A stretch of 64,000 nucleotides of DNA from an uncultured Lentisphaeria bacterium (GTDB lineage: Bacteria; Verrucomicrobiota; Lentisphaeria; JABSQK01; JAJFLO01): the NCBI GenBank assembly GCA_951812855.1, contig OX638337.1, positions 192,082-256,081 of the forward strand. The letters are read 5' to 3'. Below, one piece after another: positions 1-9,245 of the stretch (its first letter is position 1; every line of letters starts with the position of its first letter). The notes under the pieces were generated by a model. The model was not told the origin of the DNA, searched no databases, and saw only the letters and a program-made list of their open reading frames with translations. Made by a program: the position numbers and the translations under genes.

Positions 1-727
1 TTGCAACTGCACGGCAGACGGGTAAAATTTTATCTCCGGGGACAAATGAAAAAAGCTCTTTCGCTACAAATGCCTTCCACCCCATTCCGCCACCAATTAC
101 AATTTTAAACCCCTGCTCTTCACCACCATTTTCACGTTTTCTATTTACTGCAGTGATACCTGCGCAATTGATATCGGGCTGAGCACATCCGGCACCACAA
201 CCAGACAGTGTAATTTTGAATTTTCGTGGAAGATTATCAAGATCTCGACAGCTTTCAAGATATCTGGCTATCTCTTTGGCATGCGGTAAAACATTTATTC
301 GACGATATCGACAGGTTTCAGCAAGTGGGCAGGCTGTGACGTTACGAGTGACATCGCCGCAACCATGGAAAGTTGTTAATCCATCTTCTGCTAATTCACG
401 CAGAAGTTCAGGAAGATTTGGAATTTTCAACCAGTGCAGCTGTATTGCCTGACGGGTCGTAACAGAGAGTTTTCCCTGGGCATATAATTCGGATGCTTTA
501 GCTATAACTCTTGCCTGACCGGAGGTAATCTGGCCACCGGGAATAACGATTCTGGCCATGTGATTTCCAGGTTGACGCGACGCATAGATACCAAACCATT
601 TAGAGATTAATGCTTCCTCATTGGACATTTTGCCTTTTTTCGCAATTTCATCATAATCAATATTAAGTCCAGTTTCCTTAATTTCTTCATCTTCACTTAA
701 TCGTTTAAATTGTAGTTTTCTTTGCAT
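1..727 (-). CDS. Nitrite/sulfite reductase family protein (ferredoxin-dependent assimilatory sulfite reductase-like), N-terminal part; gene continues beyond window start
   Basis: Manual translation of the minus strand from the ATG at 727: MQRKLQFKRLSEDEE...IVIPGGQITSGQARVIAKASELYAQGKLSVTTRQAIQLHW...FHGCGDVTRNVTACPLAETC...SGCGAGCAQPDINCAGI. This matches the ferredoxin-like half domain and the 4Fe-4S/siroheme cysteine cluster of NirA/Sir enzymes. It lies immediately upstream of cysK on the same strand. It is not in the ORF track because it is truncated at the window edge. Confidence 0.65.
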   Translation of the reverse strand, partial: MQRKLQFKRLSEDEEIKETGLNIDYDEIAKKGKMSNEEALISKWFGIYASRQPGNHMARIVIPGGQITSGQARVIAKASELYAQGKLSVTTRQAIQLHWLKIPNLPELLRELAEDGLTTFHGCGDVTRNVTACPLAETCRYRRINVLPHAKEIARYLESCRDLDNLPRKFKITLSGCGAGCAQPDINCAGITAVNRKRENGGEEQGFKIVIGGGMGWKAFVAKELFSFVPGDKILPVCRAVA

Positions 728-729
728 GT

Positions 730-1659
730 TTAATCCTCATAAAACAGTAATGTTGATATATACCTCTCACCGGTATCGGGTAAAATAACAACAATTCGTT
801 TTCCGATATTTTCTGATTTGGAAGCGATCTTTTTAGCTGCACACACCGCGGCACCTGACGAAATACCACAGAGTAACCCTTCTGTTTTTATAATTTCTCT
901 TGCGGTATCAATTGCTTCAAAACTATTCACAGTTACAATGTCATCGACAACATCCTTATTATAAATCTCCGGAATAAAACCCGCACCGATACCCTGTATC
1001 ATATGGGGTCCCATTATCCCTCCGGAAAGTACGGGCGATTCCTCCGGTTCAACAGCAATGATTTTAATATCAGAATTTTTCTCTTTAAGAAACTTTCCTG
1101 TCCCACTGATTGTACCGCCGGTACCGACCCCGGAAACAAAAATATCAACTTTCCCCTCCGTTCCATTCCATGTTTCCGGGCCAGTTGTATCATAATGCAC
1201 CTGTGGATTGGCCGGGTTGCAGAATTGTTGTGGCATAAATGCATTATCCATTTGTTCAACAAGTTCATTGGCCTGTTCGATAGCTCCAGGCATCCCCTGA
1301 TTCGCTTCTGTAAGTATCAATTCAGCTCCTAATGACTGGAGTATTTTTTTTCTTTCGATACTCATTGAACCCGGCATAGTCACTATACATTTGTATCCTT
1401 TAACTGCTGACACTAATGCTAATCCAATACCGGTATTTCCAGAGGTGGGTTCAATAATTGTACCGCCCGGTTTTAGAGTTCCATTTTTCTCAGCGGCTTC
1501 AATCATCGCTTTACCAATTCTGTCTTTGACACTCCAGCCGGGATTAAAGACCTCAAGTTTTCCAATAAGTTCACAATCAAACTCTCGACCAAACCGTGCT
1601 AATTTCAATAGCGGAGTATCCGTGATCAGTTCACATAAATTTTCGACAAATCGTCCCAT
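730..1659 (-). CDS. cysK: Cysteine synthase A (O-acetylserine sulfhydrylase)
   Basis: 309 aa with the PLP-dependent CysK signature (KLEVFNPGWSVKDRIG, TSGNTGIGLA, GVGTGGTISG). Typical length. Confidence 0.9.
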   Translation of the reverse strand: MGRFVENLCELITDTPLLKLARFGREFDCELIGKLEVFNPGWSVKDRIGKAMIEAAEKNGTLKPGGTIIEPTSGNTGIGLALVSAVKGYKCIVTMPGSMSIERKKILQSLGAELILTEANQGMPGAIEQANELVEQMDNAFMPQQFCNPANPQVHYDTTGPETWNGTEGKVDIFVSGVGTGGTISGTGKFLKEKNSDIKIIAVEPEESPVLSGGIMGPHMIQGIGAGFIPEIYNKDVVDDIVTVNSFEAIDTAREIIKTEGLLCGISSGAAVCAAKKIASKSENIGKRIVVILPDTGERYISTLLFYED

Positions 1660-2171
1660 ACCTGCTCCGGGTTAATTGTAACAGAATGAATTAAAAGTTC
1701 GTCTTAATAAATCCTGATGATTAGAGAATGGATACCAGGACAGTTTCGTTCTTCTTGGTAAACCGATAAAATCCTGCAAATCTACATCCGCAATCAGACT
1801 GCAACAACACAATAAGTTTAAGAATAATTGAAAATATCTGAAAGAGTTTTGTCATAAACTCTCAGGTCAGATTCTGAAAAGCAATTAAAATAACATTGTT
1901 TTAACAATTCAGCTTCATTATATGTTCCAGGATAATTCGGTCTTTTTACAAATTTACTTGATTTCAGTTTGTGCATCGGTGATATTCAGCTGTGAGAATA
2001 CAGAATTCTAATTTTCAGGTAAGTAAAAATCTGTCAGCCCCCAATAATTATCAGGAATAAGATGAGAGGTTTTCAGGTCCTTAGCTGGTGCAACCTTAAA
2101 TCGAACTGTGTTAGATTCAAATTATTTTTCGAATCGTATCGCAGTTAAATAATAAAAAGAGAATAAGAAAA

Positions 2172-2705
2172 ATGAAAAAGAGTAATTTTACCATGATAGA
2201 AGTGTTGGTCGTCATGGCGATTATCACTGTTTTAATGGGTATTTTAATTCCTGCGGTAAGCAAAGGAATGAAAAAAGCCAGGAAACAAGAATCTAAAACA
2301 GCAATTAAAACATTATATATGGCAGTCAAACAATATGAATCCACCTATGGATTTCTGCCTTTTACCGGAGAGACAGGAGGGACCTCTGATCTCAAAATAT
2401 CGGATAATCAGTATGACAAACTTCTCGATACACTGGCCGGGATTAATGATACGGCAAATGATACTGTGGACACAAATCCCCGAAAAATAAAATTTCTTCA
2501 ATTGGATAATGACAATACCTATAATGATTCGTGGAGTAAACGTTTTAAGGTTGCATTAGATCTGGATTACGATGAAGATATAGAAGGTTCAATAATTGAT
2601 GGTGTGGATAACGCCAGTTCGGTCAACACCAAAATTGTTATATGGTCAGGAGGACCTGATGAGAACACTGCAGCAACAGGTGATAATATTAATTCATGGG
2701 ATTAG
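2172..2705 (+). CDS. Prepilin-type N-terminal cleavage/methylation domain protein, type II secretion GspG-like pseudopilin
   Basis: N-terminal FTMIEVLVVMAIITVLMGILIPAV (class III signal / N-methyl site followed by a hydrophobic helix). Short size (177 aa) and a GspG-like region after the helix. Confidence 0.75.
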   Translation: MKKSNFTMIEVLVVMAIITVLMGILIPAVSKGMKKARKQESKTAIKTLYMAVKQYESTYGFLPFTGETGGTSDLKISDNQYDKLLDTLAGINDTANDTVDTNPRKIKFLQLDNDNTYNDSWSKRFKVALDLDYDEDIEGSIIDGVDNASSVNTKIVIWSGGPDENTAATGDNINSWD

Positions 2706-2915
2706 AATCATTTTCAGGGTCTGATTTAATGCTGCTCCGGAAGTAATGCACGTTGTATCAATTAATCAAGAAATTTCAATTAATAATTATTGAGTAATGG
2801 CTGAACCTGTAACTGACGTTCAAAGCATGGCGATAAAAGGGATTTATTCAAAAAATCATCGTAAATTCAGATCTATCCTGAAACCAGCTGTTAAAAAGTA
2901 TAAAAAACCGGGTAA

Positions 2916-3620
2916 ATGAAATACTCACAAGATAAACGGAGACTAAGCAGTCTTTCAAAAGATTCGATCTATCTGGCACCGTCAATTCTTGCAGCAGACT
3001 TTTCCAGCCTGGCCAAAGATGTTATTAGTGCAGAAACTGCCGGTATCGATATATTTCATATTGATATTATGGACGGACACTTCGTACCTAATTTATCCAT
3101 AGGCCCCGGCGTTGTGCAATCATTACGCCCCCTGTCAAATTTACCTTTTGATGTACATCTAATGTTAACTAACCCATTAAATTTCATCAAACCATTTGCC
3201 GATGCGGGTGCAGATAACATTACGTTTCATTATGAATCCGATGATGCTGTAATTGAAACGATTGAATCCATAAGAGGAACCGGCTGTTCTGTTGGAATTT
3301 CCTTAAAACCTGACACTGATGAAAATGAAATAATTCCTTTATTAAATCGTGTTGATCTGGTTTTAATCATGACCGTTGAACCAGGATTCGGCGGTCAGAA
3401 GTTTCGGTATGACATGATTTCTAAAATAAATGCTATCCGCGATTATATACATAAGGAACATTTAAATGTACACATCCAGGTGGATGGGGGTATTGATCTT
3501 GACACAGGTAAACAGGTTATTGAAGCTGGTTCCAATATACTTGTTGCCGGTACGTCTATTTTCAAAAATGACAGTGGATTAGAAAATGCCATATTTGAAT
3601 TTCAAAAACTTGCTCTTTAA
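2916..3620 (+). CDS. rpe: Ribulose-phosphate 3-epimerase
   Basis: APSILAADFSSL, FHIDIMDGHFVPNLSIGP, DVHLM, PGFGGQKF motifs. There are about 17 extra N-terminal residues compared with typical Rpe. Confidence 0.9.
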   Translation: MKYSQDKRRLSSLSKDSIYLAPSILAADFSSLAKDVISAETAGIDIFHIDIMDGHFVPNLSIGPGVVQSLRPLSNLPFDVHLMLTNPLNFIKPFADAGADNITFHYESDDAVIETIESIRGTGCSVGISLKPDTDENEIIPLLNRVDLVLIMTVEPGFGGQKFRYDMISKINAIRDYIHKEHLNVHIQVDGGIDLDTGKQVIEAGSNILVAGTSIFKNDSGLENAIFEFQKLAL

Positions 3621-4143
3621 AATTCAAAAACTATTTTTCAATAAAGGTTCTCTATCTCCGGACTCTTTCCGAAAGTGCGGCAGTCAGCATACCGATACCG
3701 GCAATGTTGTGATTAATGTATTACCATCATTCGCAGAAAATTCTGGAATTCCGGGTTGGTTACCCAATCCAGTTGTATGCGAAGACAGTGAATTTACATT
3801 TGTCATCAAGCACTTCTTCCATTCCGGCAACAATGCTGTGATAACGGCACCTGTCCTGGCTGTTTAGCTTTCATTTATCGAAACTGACCACGCGTCAACG
3901 CGTTATGGAGTTCCATCCAATGAGGATGTAGGTGTTCATAATATGACACTCCGTTTTGATGATGTGGATAATAATCCGGATGAGCTCCGATACCTTAACC
4001 AGCAGTCCCGGGATGGCATATTAAAACTGAATGTTACGCAAATGTCATTTAATGATTTGTTCACGCAGGACGATATAGATTCAGGAAATGTTTTGTATGT
4101 CCACAGTGGAGTTCACGATGGCAGAACTGTTTTTAGGAATTGA
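3586..4143 (+). pseudogene. Open frame interrupted by a single in-frame TAG (two track ORFs, 3586..3867 and 3943..4143, are in the same frame); product unknown
   Basis: 3943-3586 = 357 = 119 codons. The 25 codons between the TAG at 3865-3867 and 3943 contain no further stop. No family recognised. Confidence 0.3.
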
Positions 4144-4419
4144 AGATAAGGAAGCAGAACCATTCAAGCCTACAGATACAGAAACTAAAATTTTAAGATT
4201 TCTAAATAAATTTAATCTCAAAGGTAAACTGGACGATGCAGAGAGGAAGAAAAAAAAATAAACTGCCCTTCTTTTTCCCGGCATCAGACTTACGGGAGCT
4301 TGCGTAAGTCTATCGAAAAAAAGATTTAACGGTCAACTCTGCAAGTAGAATCGTCTGGCACATGACGAAAAATATCGAAATGAAACACAGAAATCAGATA
4401 AAGAAACCCTCAATTCGAA

Positions 4420-5556
4420 TTAACATTGCAAATTTGAATATCCAATAAGTTCTTCCATTTTACGAAAGGCATTTCCACTGCCGACAATTTCCTTTGCCAA
4501 TCCGACACCACTCTTCAAACTGTCGGCTTTGCCACAAACATACAGTCCTGCTGCTGCATTAACCAACATCAAATCTCGCTTAGGACCAAGCTCAGTATTT
4601 TTGAGTAGATTCCTGATAATTTCAGCATTCTCAGCAGCATCCCCACCCTTGAGATCATCAGAATTTCCACCATTAATTCCTAATTGTTCTGGTGAAATGA
4701 AGTCGTGTTGTATCACACCCTCACTGTCAATTTCAGATATTTTCGTCTCCCCTGTGGATGAGATTTCATCCATTCCCCCCTGACTGCCTTGATCTAAACC
4801 ATGAACAACAAGAGCCCGAGTTACATTTAATCGTTTTAATACGCTTGCCAACTTTTCGGTAAGGTCAGGAGAAAACACACCCAGAACTTGACATGCCGGG
4901 ACAACCTCTTCGGGGTAAAACGCAGGATTACAGAGCGGTCCAAGGATATTAAAAATAGTTTGTCCGGAAATGTTTTTCCGAACACTCTGTACATGCTTAA
5001 ATGATTTATGGAAATTTGGTGCAAAAATAAAACCAACACCAATGTCTGATATACACCTGCCAACACGTGTTGGAGACATGCTGATATTAACCCCCAATGC
5101 CTCCAACACGTCTGCACTGCCGCATTTTGAAGTTATTGATCTATTACCATGCTTTGCAACAATAATTCCGGCAGCAGCTAAAATAAACATAATTGAAGTT
5201 GACACGTTAAATGTAGAGACCGTTCCACCGCCTGTACCACATGTATCCCCAAGTACATTTTCCGTGTTTGACCAATCAATACCAAGAGGAATTTTTTCTG
5301 CGGCTCTTCGAACGAAAAATGCAAATGCAGCCAACTCATCAACGGAGACCTGTTTTTCTTGCATTGCAAGTAAAAATTCTTTTTGATGCAACTCAGAAAT
5401 ATTGCCAGACATCAGGAGTTTCATCGCACCGACGGCTTCACCGGGTAACAAATCCGTTTGTCGCCGCAAAATGTCGGTATAGAATCCCAGGCTGATACCT
5501 GGATCTGAATCCTCATTTAAAGATGAAATTAAATCTGAACAAAAATTTGCAGACAC
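4420..5556 (-). CDS. trpD: Anthranilate phosphoribosyltransferase
   Basis: GTGGGTVSTFNVSTSIMFILAAAG, KHGNRSITSKCGSADVLEALG motifs. The track ORF runs to 5607 and overlaps tRNA-Phe, so the start is trimmed to the in-frame GTG at 5554-5556. The start codon is uncertain. Confidence 0.85.
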   Translation of the reverse strand: MSANFCSDLISSLNEDSDPGISLGFYTDILRRQTDLLPGEAVGAMKLLMSGNISELHQKEFLLAMQEKQVSVDELAAFAFFVRRAAEKIPLGIDWSNTENVLGDTCGTGGGTVSTFNVSTSIMFILAAAGIIVAKHGNRSITSKCGSADVLEALGVNISMSPTRVGRCISDIGVGFIFAPNFHKSFKHVQSVRKNISGQTIFNILGPLCNPAFYPEEVVPACQVLGVFSPDLTEKLASVLKRLNVTRALVVHGLDQGSQGGMDEISSTGETKISEIDSEGVIQHDFISPEQLGINGGNSDDLKGGDAAENAEIIRNLLKNTELGPKRDLMLVNAAAGLYVCGKADSLKSGVGLAKEIVGSGNAFRKMEELIGYSNLQC

Positions 5557-5577
5557 AGTGGATCCAATAAAATAAGG

Positions 5578-5650
5578 TGGCAAGGGTCGGAATCGAACCG
5601 ACGACACAGGGATTTTCAGTCCCCTGCTCTACCGACTGAGCTACCTCGCC
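5578..5650 (-). tRNA. tRNA-Phe (anticodon GAA)
   Basis: The reverse complement reads GGCGAGGTAGCTCAGTCGGTAGAGCAGGGGACTGAAAATCCCTGTGTCGTCGGTTCGATTCCGACCCTTGCCA. This gives a cloverleaf with anticodon loop ctGAAaa. Confidence 0.9.
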
Positions 5651-5671
5651 AGATAAAAATTAACGGAAGAT

Positions 5672-5700
5672 ATTATGGATATCAGTACATTCAAAATCAA
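5672..5700 (-). promoter_or_regulatory. Predicted sigma70-type promoter for tRNA-Phe (-35 TTGATT, 17 bp spacer, -10 CATAAT)
   Basis: Read on the minus strand: ttgatt-ttgaatgtactgatatc-cataat, about 21 nt upstream of the mature tRNA 5' end. It is preceded by a duplicated AT-rich upstream block (5706-5751). Confidence 0.4.
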
Positions 5701-5978
5701 GGTCCATAAGCTATGAGTACTTTGTTGATGATACAAGAATAATTTATTATTTTTCCTTCAAAATCCTCTTAACTTTAATGAATGACCAACGGCAAATAGA
5801 ACAGGCATGAATGATAACACCTAATTAAATGTATCATCAGGATCGAGGTTGCCGGACAGACTATAGAAAGTTGAACGATGATATGCGGTAAAAAACACTT
5901 AATTACACTCAAAATAAATAAATTTTTGGATGTAATTAAGAGTTTGATTTGACCGAAGTAAATGATACTTAAAATTAA

Positions 5979-6052
5979 TACGCCCGAAGGGAGTCGAACC
6001 CCTAACCTTCTGGTTCGTAGCCAGACACTCTATCCAATTGAGCTACGGGCGC
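5979..6052 (-). tRNA. tRNA-Arg (anticodon ACG)
   Basis: The reverse complement reads GCGCCCGTAGCTCAATTGGATAGAGTGTCTGGCTACGAACCAGAAGGTTAGGGGTTCGACTCCCTTCGGGCGT with anticodon loop ctACGaa. The track ORF 6038..6220 overlapping it is spurious. Confidence 0.85.
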
Positions 6053-6261
6053 TTTGGGGGAAAAATGAAATATCACTCAATTTCGAGGGGTATAAGCTAT
6101 GGGTGCTTTTCTGTTGATACAAGAATAATTATTTATTATTTATGGGAAATAACCGAATATGAGAAAAAATCACAGGTTGAATTCGGAACATATGTTTTAG
6201 AACGAGGAAAATGGCATTAAACTTCTAAACAATTTTTGAATTAACTGATGAGTGTGATTTA

Positions 6262-6576
6262 ATGGTTAAAATCAGCGAAAAAATTCAAGGGTATACCATG
6301 ACCCTTGAGAGTACTGGAATTTCAAAACCTCCTTTGTACAGAGTTCTCCTTCATAACGATGATTATACACCGATGGATTTTGTTGTTATGATCTTAGAAA
6401 CCAACTTCAACAAAAACCGGGAAGATGCCGTTTCAATCATGCTGAATGTCCATCAAAAAGGAATCGGAATTTGTGGTGTTTATACTTTTGAAATTGCTGA
6501 ATCAAAATCACAACACGTTGTTGAAATCGCTAAACAAAATGATTATCCTCTTCAATGTACCATGGAATCAGAATAA
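6262..6576 (+). CDS. clpS: ATP-dependent Clp protease adaptor ClpS
   Basis: [20 protein letters not shown] is the classic ClpS core. About 100 aa. No clpA follows it. Confidence 0.85.
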   Translation: MVKISEKIQGYTMTLESTGISKPPLYRVLLHNDDYTPMDFVVMILETNFNKNREDAVSIMLNVHQKGIGICGVYTFEIAESKSQHVVEIAKQNDYPLQCTMESE

Positions 6577-7000
6577 ATATTCAGTTTCAAAGCGTGTTCA
6601 AAAATTCATTGTTATCTTATAGTACAAAAAGACGTTTCAGCAACCTTTTTAATACAGTCTGTTTTGGAATCAATTTGAATCAACCTTAAATAACGAAGAC
6701 GAACCTGTAATTTATCCAAAATGGAAATAAAGGCGACCTGCATAATGGCTTTGACCATAGCGGATTGTCTGATATTTTAAGGAAAAGGGACAACTGGATT
6801 CTTTCTTACAATGAATGCGATGAGATTGACGATTTTTATGGTGATTTTGCATTTTATTATCCTGAATGGAAGTATGGTATGTCAAACGATAAAAAATCAA
6901 GAGAAGTTTTGATTTTCAGTGATGATTTAGCAGAGAAAAACAATCTCAAATAATGGCAACACGATAAAGCTATGGCAGGCGTAGATCAGGGGTATAGCGG

Positions 7001-8254
7001 ATGCAAGAGACAATAAAAAACAGAACGATATTTTGTAAAGACAATCTTGATATTCTCGAAGGAATAAACACGGAGACGATTGATCTTGTTTACCTTGATC
7101 CGCCATTTAATAAAAAGAAAGTATTTACCGCTCCAATCGGTACCAGTGCTGAAGGTGCGAGCTTCAAAGATATATTTACCGAAGCGGATTTGAAGGAAGA
7201 GTGGGTACAGGAGATTCGTGAAGATTGGCCGAATGTCTACGAACTGTTAAACGCAGTAAAAAACATTGAGGGGAGAAGTTCGTATAATTTTTGCTACCTT
7301 GCCTATATGGCAATACGTCTTATCCAGTGCCGCCGCATACTCAAAAATACGGGCAGTTTTTACTACCACTGCGATCCCACCATGAGCCACTACATAAAAT
7401 TATTGCTTGATTGTATATTTGGGGAAAAAAAATTTAAGAATGAGATTGTGTGGCATTATGAAACAGGTGGGATACCAATAAAAGACTTTTCAAGGAAGCA
7501 TGATTATATTTTGAGATACTCAAAAGGCAAAGAATATATTTTTAATAGCAAGGATATATTAGAAGAGAGAAGCGAAGAAGTCTTAAGAAGAATAGCCACA
7601 GGGAATGAGACAGCAACAAGATCGAAAGGTCAATATAGACACCCTTCTGATGTTTTCAAAATACCAGCTATCAATGCCATGGCCAGGGAGAGGGTAGGCT
7701 ATCCGACACAAAAACCGCTTGCACTGTTAGAGCGCATTATCAAGGCCAGCAGCAACGAGGGTGATGTAGTGCTGGACCCGTTCTGCGGGTGTGCGACCAC
7801 TTGCGTGGCAGCAGAGCGTTTAAGCAGACGATGGATTGGGATAGATATATCGGTGAAAGCATATGAATTGGTGCAGGAAAGAATCAGCAATATGTACGAA
7901 ATACGACAAGGAAAACTGGAAGAAGGTGAGTTATCTAAAATATATTTTTCTACCACGGCACCAACTCGTACCGATGACGGGGCAAATGCCAAGGATCAAA
8001 AATATGTTTATATTATCTCACACCCACAATACGAAGGAGAGTATAAGGTTGGTATCGCAAGCGATGTAAAAAGCCGCCTGAGCAGTTATCAAACGAGCGA
8101 TCCAAACCGAGACTACAAACTGGAATATAAACAGCTTACCGAACACTACCGGGCATTAGAGCGACATATCCACAATCAGTTTGATAGCCGACAGGAGTGG
8201 GTTCGTGCCGAGATGCAAGAGATAATCAACGCGATGAAAAGCTATCGGCCTTGA
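7001..8254 (+). CDS. Orphan beta-class DNA methyltransferase (N6-adenine or N4-cytosine) fused to a C-terminal GIY-YIG-like / T5orf172-type domain
   Basis: Motif IV (LVYLDPPFN) precedes motif I (VLDPFCGCATTCVAAERLSRRWIGIDIS), the beta permutation. The C-terminal 90 aa (YVYIISHPQYEGEYKVGIASDVKSRLSSYQTSDPNRDYKL) resemble the T5orf172/GIY-YIG-like fold. No restriction endonuclease gene is adjacent. Confidence 0.75.
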   Translation: MQETIKNRTIFCKDNLDILEGINTETIDLVYLDPPFNKKKVFTAPIGTSAEGASFKDIFTEADLKEEWVQEIREDWPNVYELLNAVKNIEGRSSYNFCYLAYMAIRLIQCRRILKNTGSFYYHCDPTMSHYIKLLLDCIFGEKKFKNEIVWHYETGGIPIKDFSRKHDYILRYSKGKEYIFNSKDILEERSEEVLRRIATGNETATRSKGQYRHPSDVFKIPAINAMARERVGYPTQKPLALLERIIKASSNEGDVVLDPFCGCATTCVAAERLSRRWIGIDISVKAYELVQERISNMYEIRQGKLEEGELSKIYFSTTAPTRTDDGANAKDQKYVYIISHPQYEGEYKVGIASDVKSRLSSYQTSDPNRDYKLEYKQLTEHYRALERHIHNQFDSRQEWVRAEMQEIINAMKSYRP

Positions 8255-8415
8255 TGAAATTAATGAAAATAAATAGCGTACACCCCTCGTAAAGGAATCG
8301 ACTGCTTAAAAAATAAACAAAGATGGAACCGTCAACGTTTGTCTCAGCAAGGATAAATTGATATTAAAAACATCACGCAGCAAACCGTGATTTATTTCAA
8401 TCTTAAAGATTCTGT

Positions 8416-9066
8416 TTAATTGTGATTTTGTGTTGGATTCAACTGTGGAATGATCAAACGTTGACCAACCTGAAGCTGCCCCGGCGAATATAATACATCC
8501 CTATTGGCTTCATATAATAAAGACCAGTGCTGAGAGTCACCCAATAAATTTTTTGCAATCTCATTTAAGGTATCTCCAGACCTTACAACATAAAAAAACG
8601 ACTCACTATTTTCATTTATTCCAGTATCTTGAGGAGATATTATTATCTCTGTAGAAGCTTCTGCATCCAGGGACTTACTAATATCCTTATCTTCGTACTT
8701 TATCTTAAGACTGTTATAGTATTTTTCTTCTGCACGGCGAAGCCATTTTTGAGCAATTAATATTTGATTTTTTTCTGGAGATTTATTGATGTAATTTTGA
8801 TATTGAACAATAGCCCCGGACAAATTCTCAAGATTATCTTCAAATATTATCGCAAGCTGCAAATGTGCCTTATACGATCCGGGACTATGACGAATACATT
8901 GAGAAAAAGCCTCAACAGCATTATTAAAATCACCATTCTTCCTGAATTTTTCAGCCTTAATATAAAAAGAATTATTTTCATTCAATGCATGTCTGTCATT
9001 AGAAAAACATCCGGACAACAATATCACGGAAAATATGAATCTAAACGTTACATTAAATTTATCCAA
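8416..9066 (-). CDS. LysM domain lipoprotein (TPR-like N-terminal region)
   Basis: Signal peptide with an LSGC lipobox. C-terminal LysM (VVRSGDTLNEIAKNLLGD...QLQVGQRLIIP). Confidence 0.7.
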   Translation of the reverse strand: MDKFNVTFRFIFSVILLSGCFSNDRHALNENNSFYIKAEKFRKNGDFNNAVEAFSQCIRHSPGSYKAHLQLAIIFEDNLENLSGAIVQYQNYINKSPEKNQILIAQKWLRRAEEKYYNSLKIKYEDKDISKSLDAEASTEIIISPQDTGINENSESFFYVVRSGDTLNEIAKNLLGDSQHWSLLYEANRDVLYSPGQLQVGQRLIIPQLNPTQNHN

Positions 9067-9245
9067 AATTCAGCTCCTGATACACTGGAATTATTGTGAT
9101 CCAACAGGTTACAACAAGTAACTCAATGAAATATAGTTATCAAATAAAATTTAAATCGCGATCAGTCTTCATTAATGAATGACTGGTAATCAATAACCCA
9201 ATAAATCAGTCTATGAGAAATTTATCCGGGACAATACAATTGACA

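Noticed and set aside
216-452. Track ORF (78 aa, plus strand) inside the region encoding the sulfite-reductase-like gene on the minus strand
   Set aside because: No recognisable family. It overlaps antisense to a well-supported gene, so it is most likely a spurious frame.
1003-1675. Three track ORFs (1003..1332+, 1014..1268-, 1391..1675+) overlapping cysK
   Set aside because: They lie antisense to or out of frame with an intact cysK. They have low-complexity products and are spurious.
4141-4175. AAGGAAGCAGAACC resemblance to the SRP (4.5S) RNA conserved domain IV motif GAAGGAAGCAGCCA
   Set aside because: The match is partial, and the flanking sequence lacks the complementary helix and GGUGCUGUUUACCAGG-type 5' half.
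4270-4310. 9-bp perfect hairpin AGACTTACG-N8-CGTAAGTCT between trpD and the upstream pseudo-frame, considered as a transcription terminator
   Set aside because: It is followed by an A-run rather than a T-run on the plus strand, and has no T-run in the correct position for the minus strand. It is not a canonical intrinsic terminator.
4420-5607. trpD ORF as drawn in the track extends to 5607
   Set aside because: The last 30 nt overlap tRNA-Phe (5578..5650). The start was moved to the in-frame GTG at 5556, and the true start remains uncertain.
6038-6220. 60-aa track ORF (TTG start)
   Set aside because: It starts inside tRNA-Arg(ACG) and has no homology; it is spurious.
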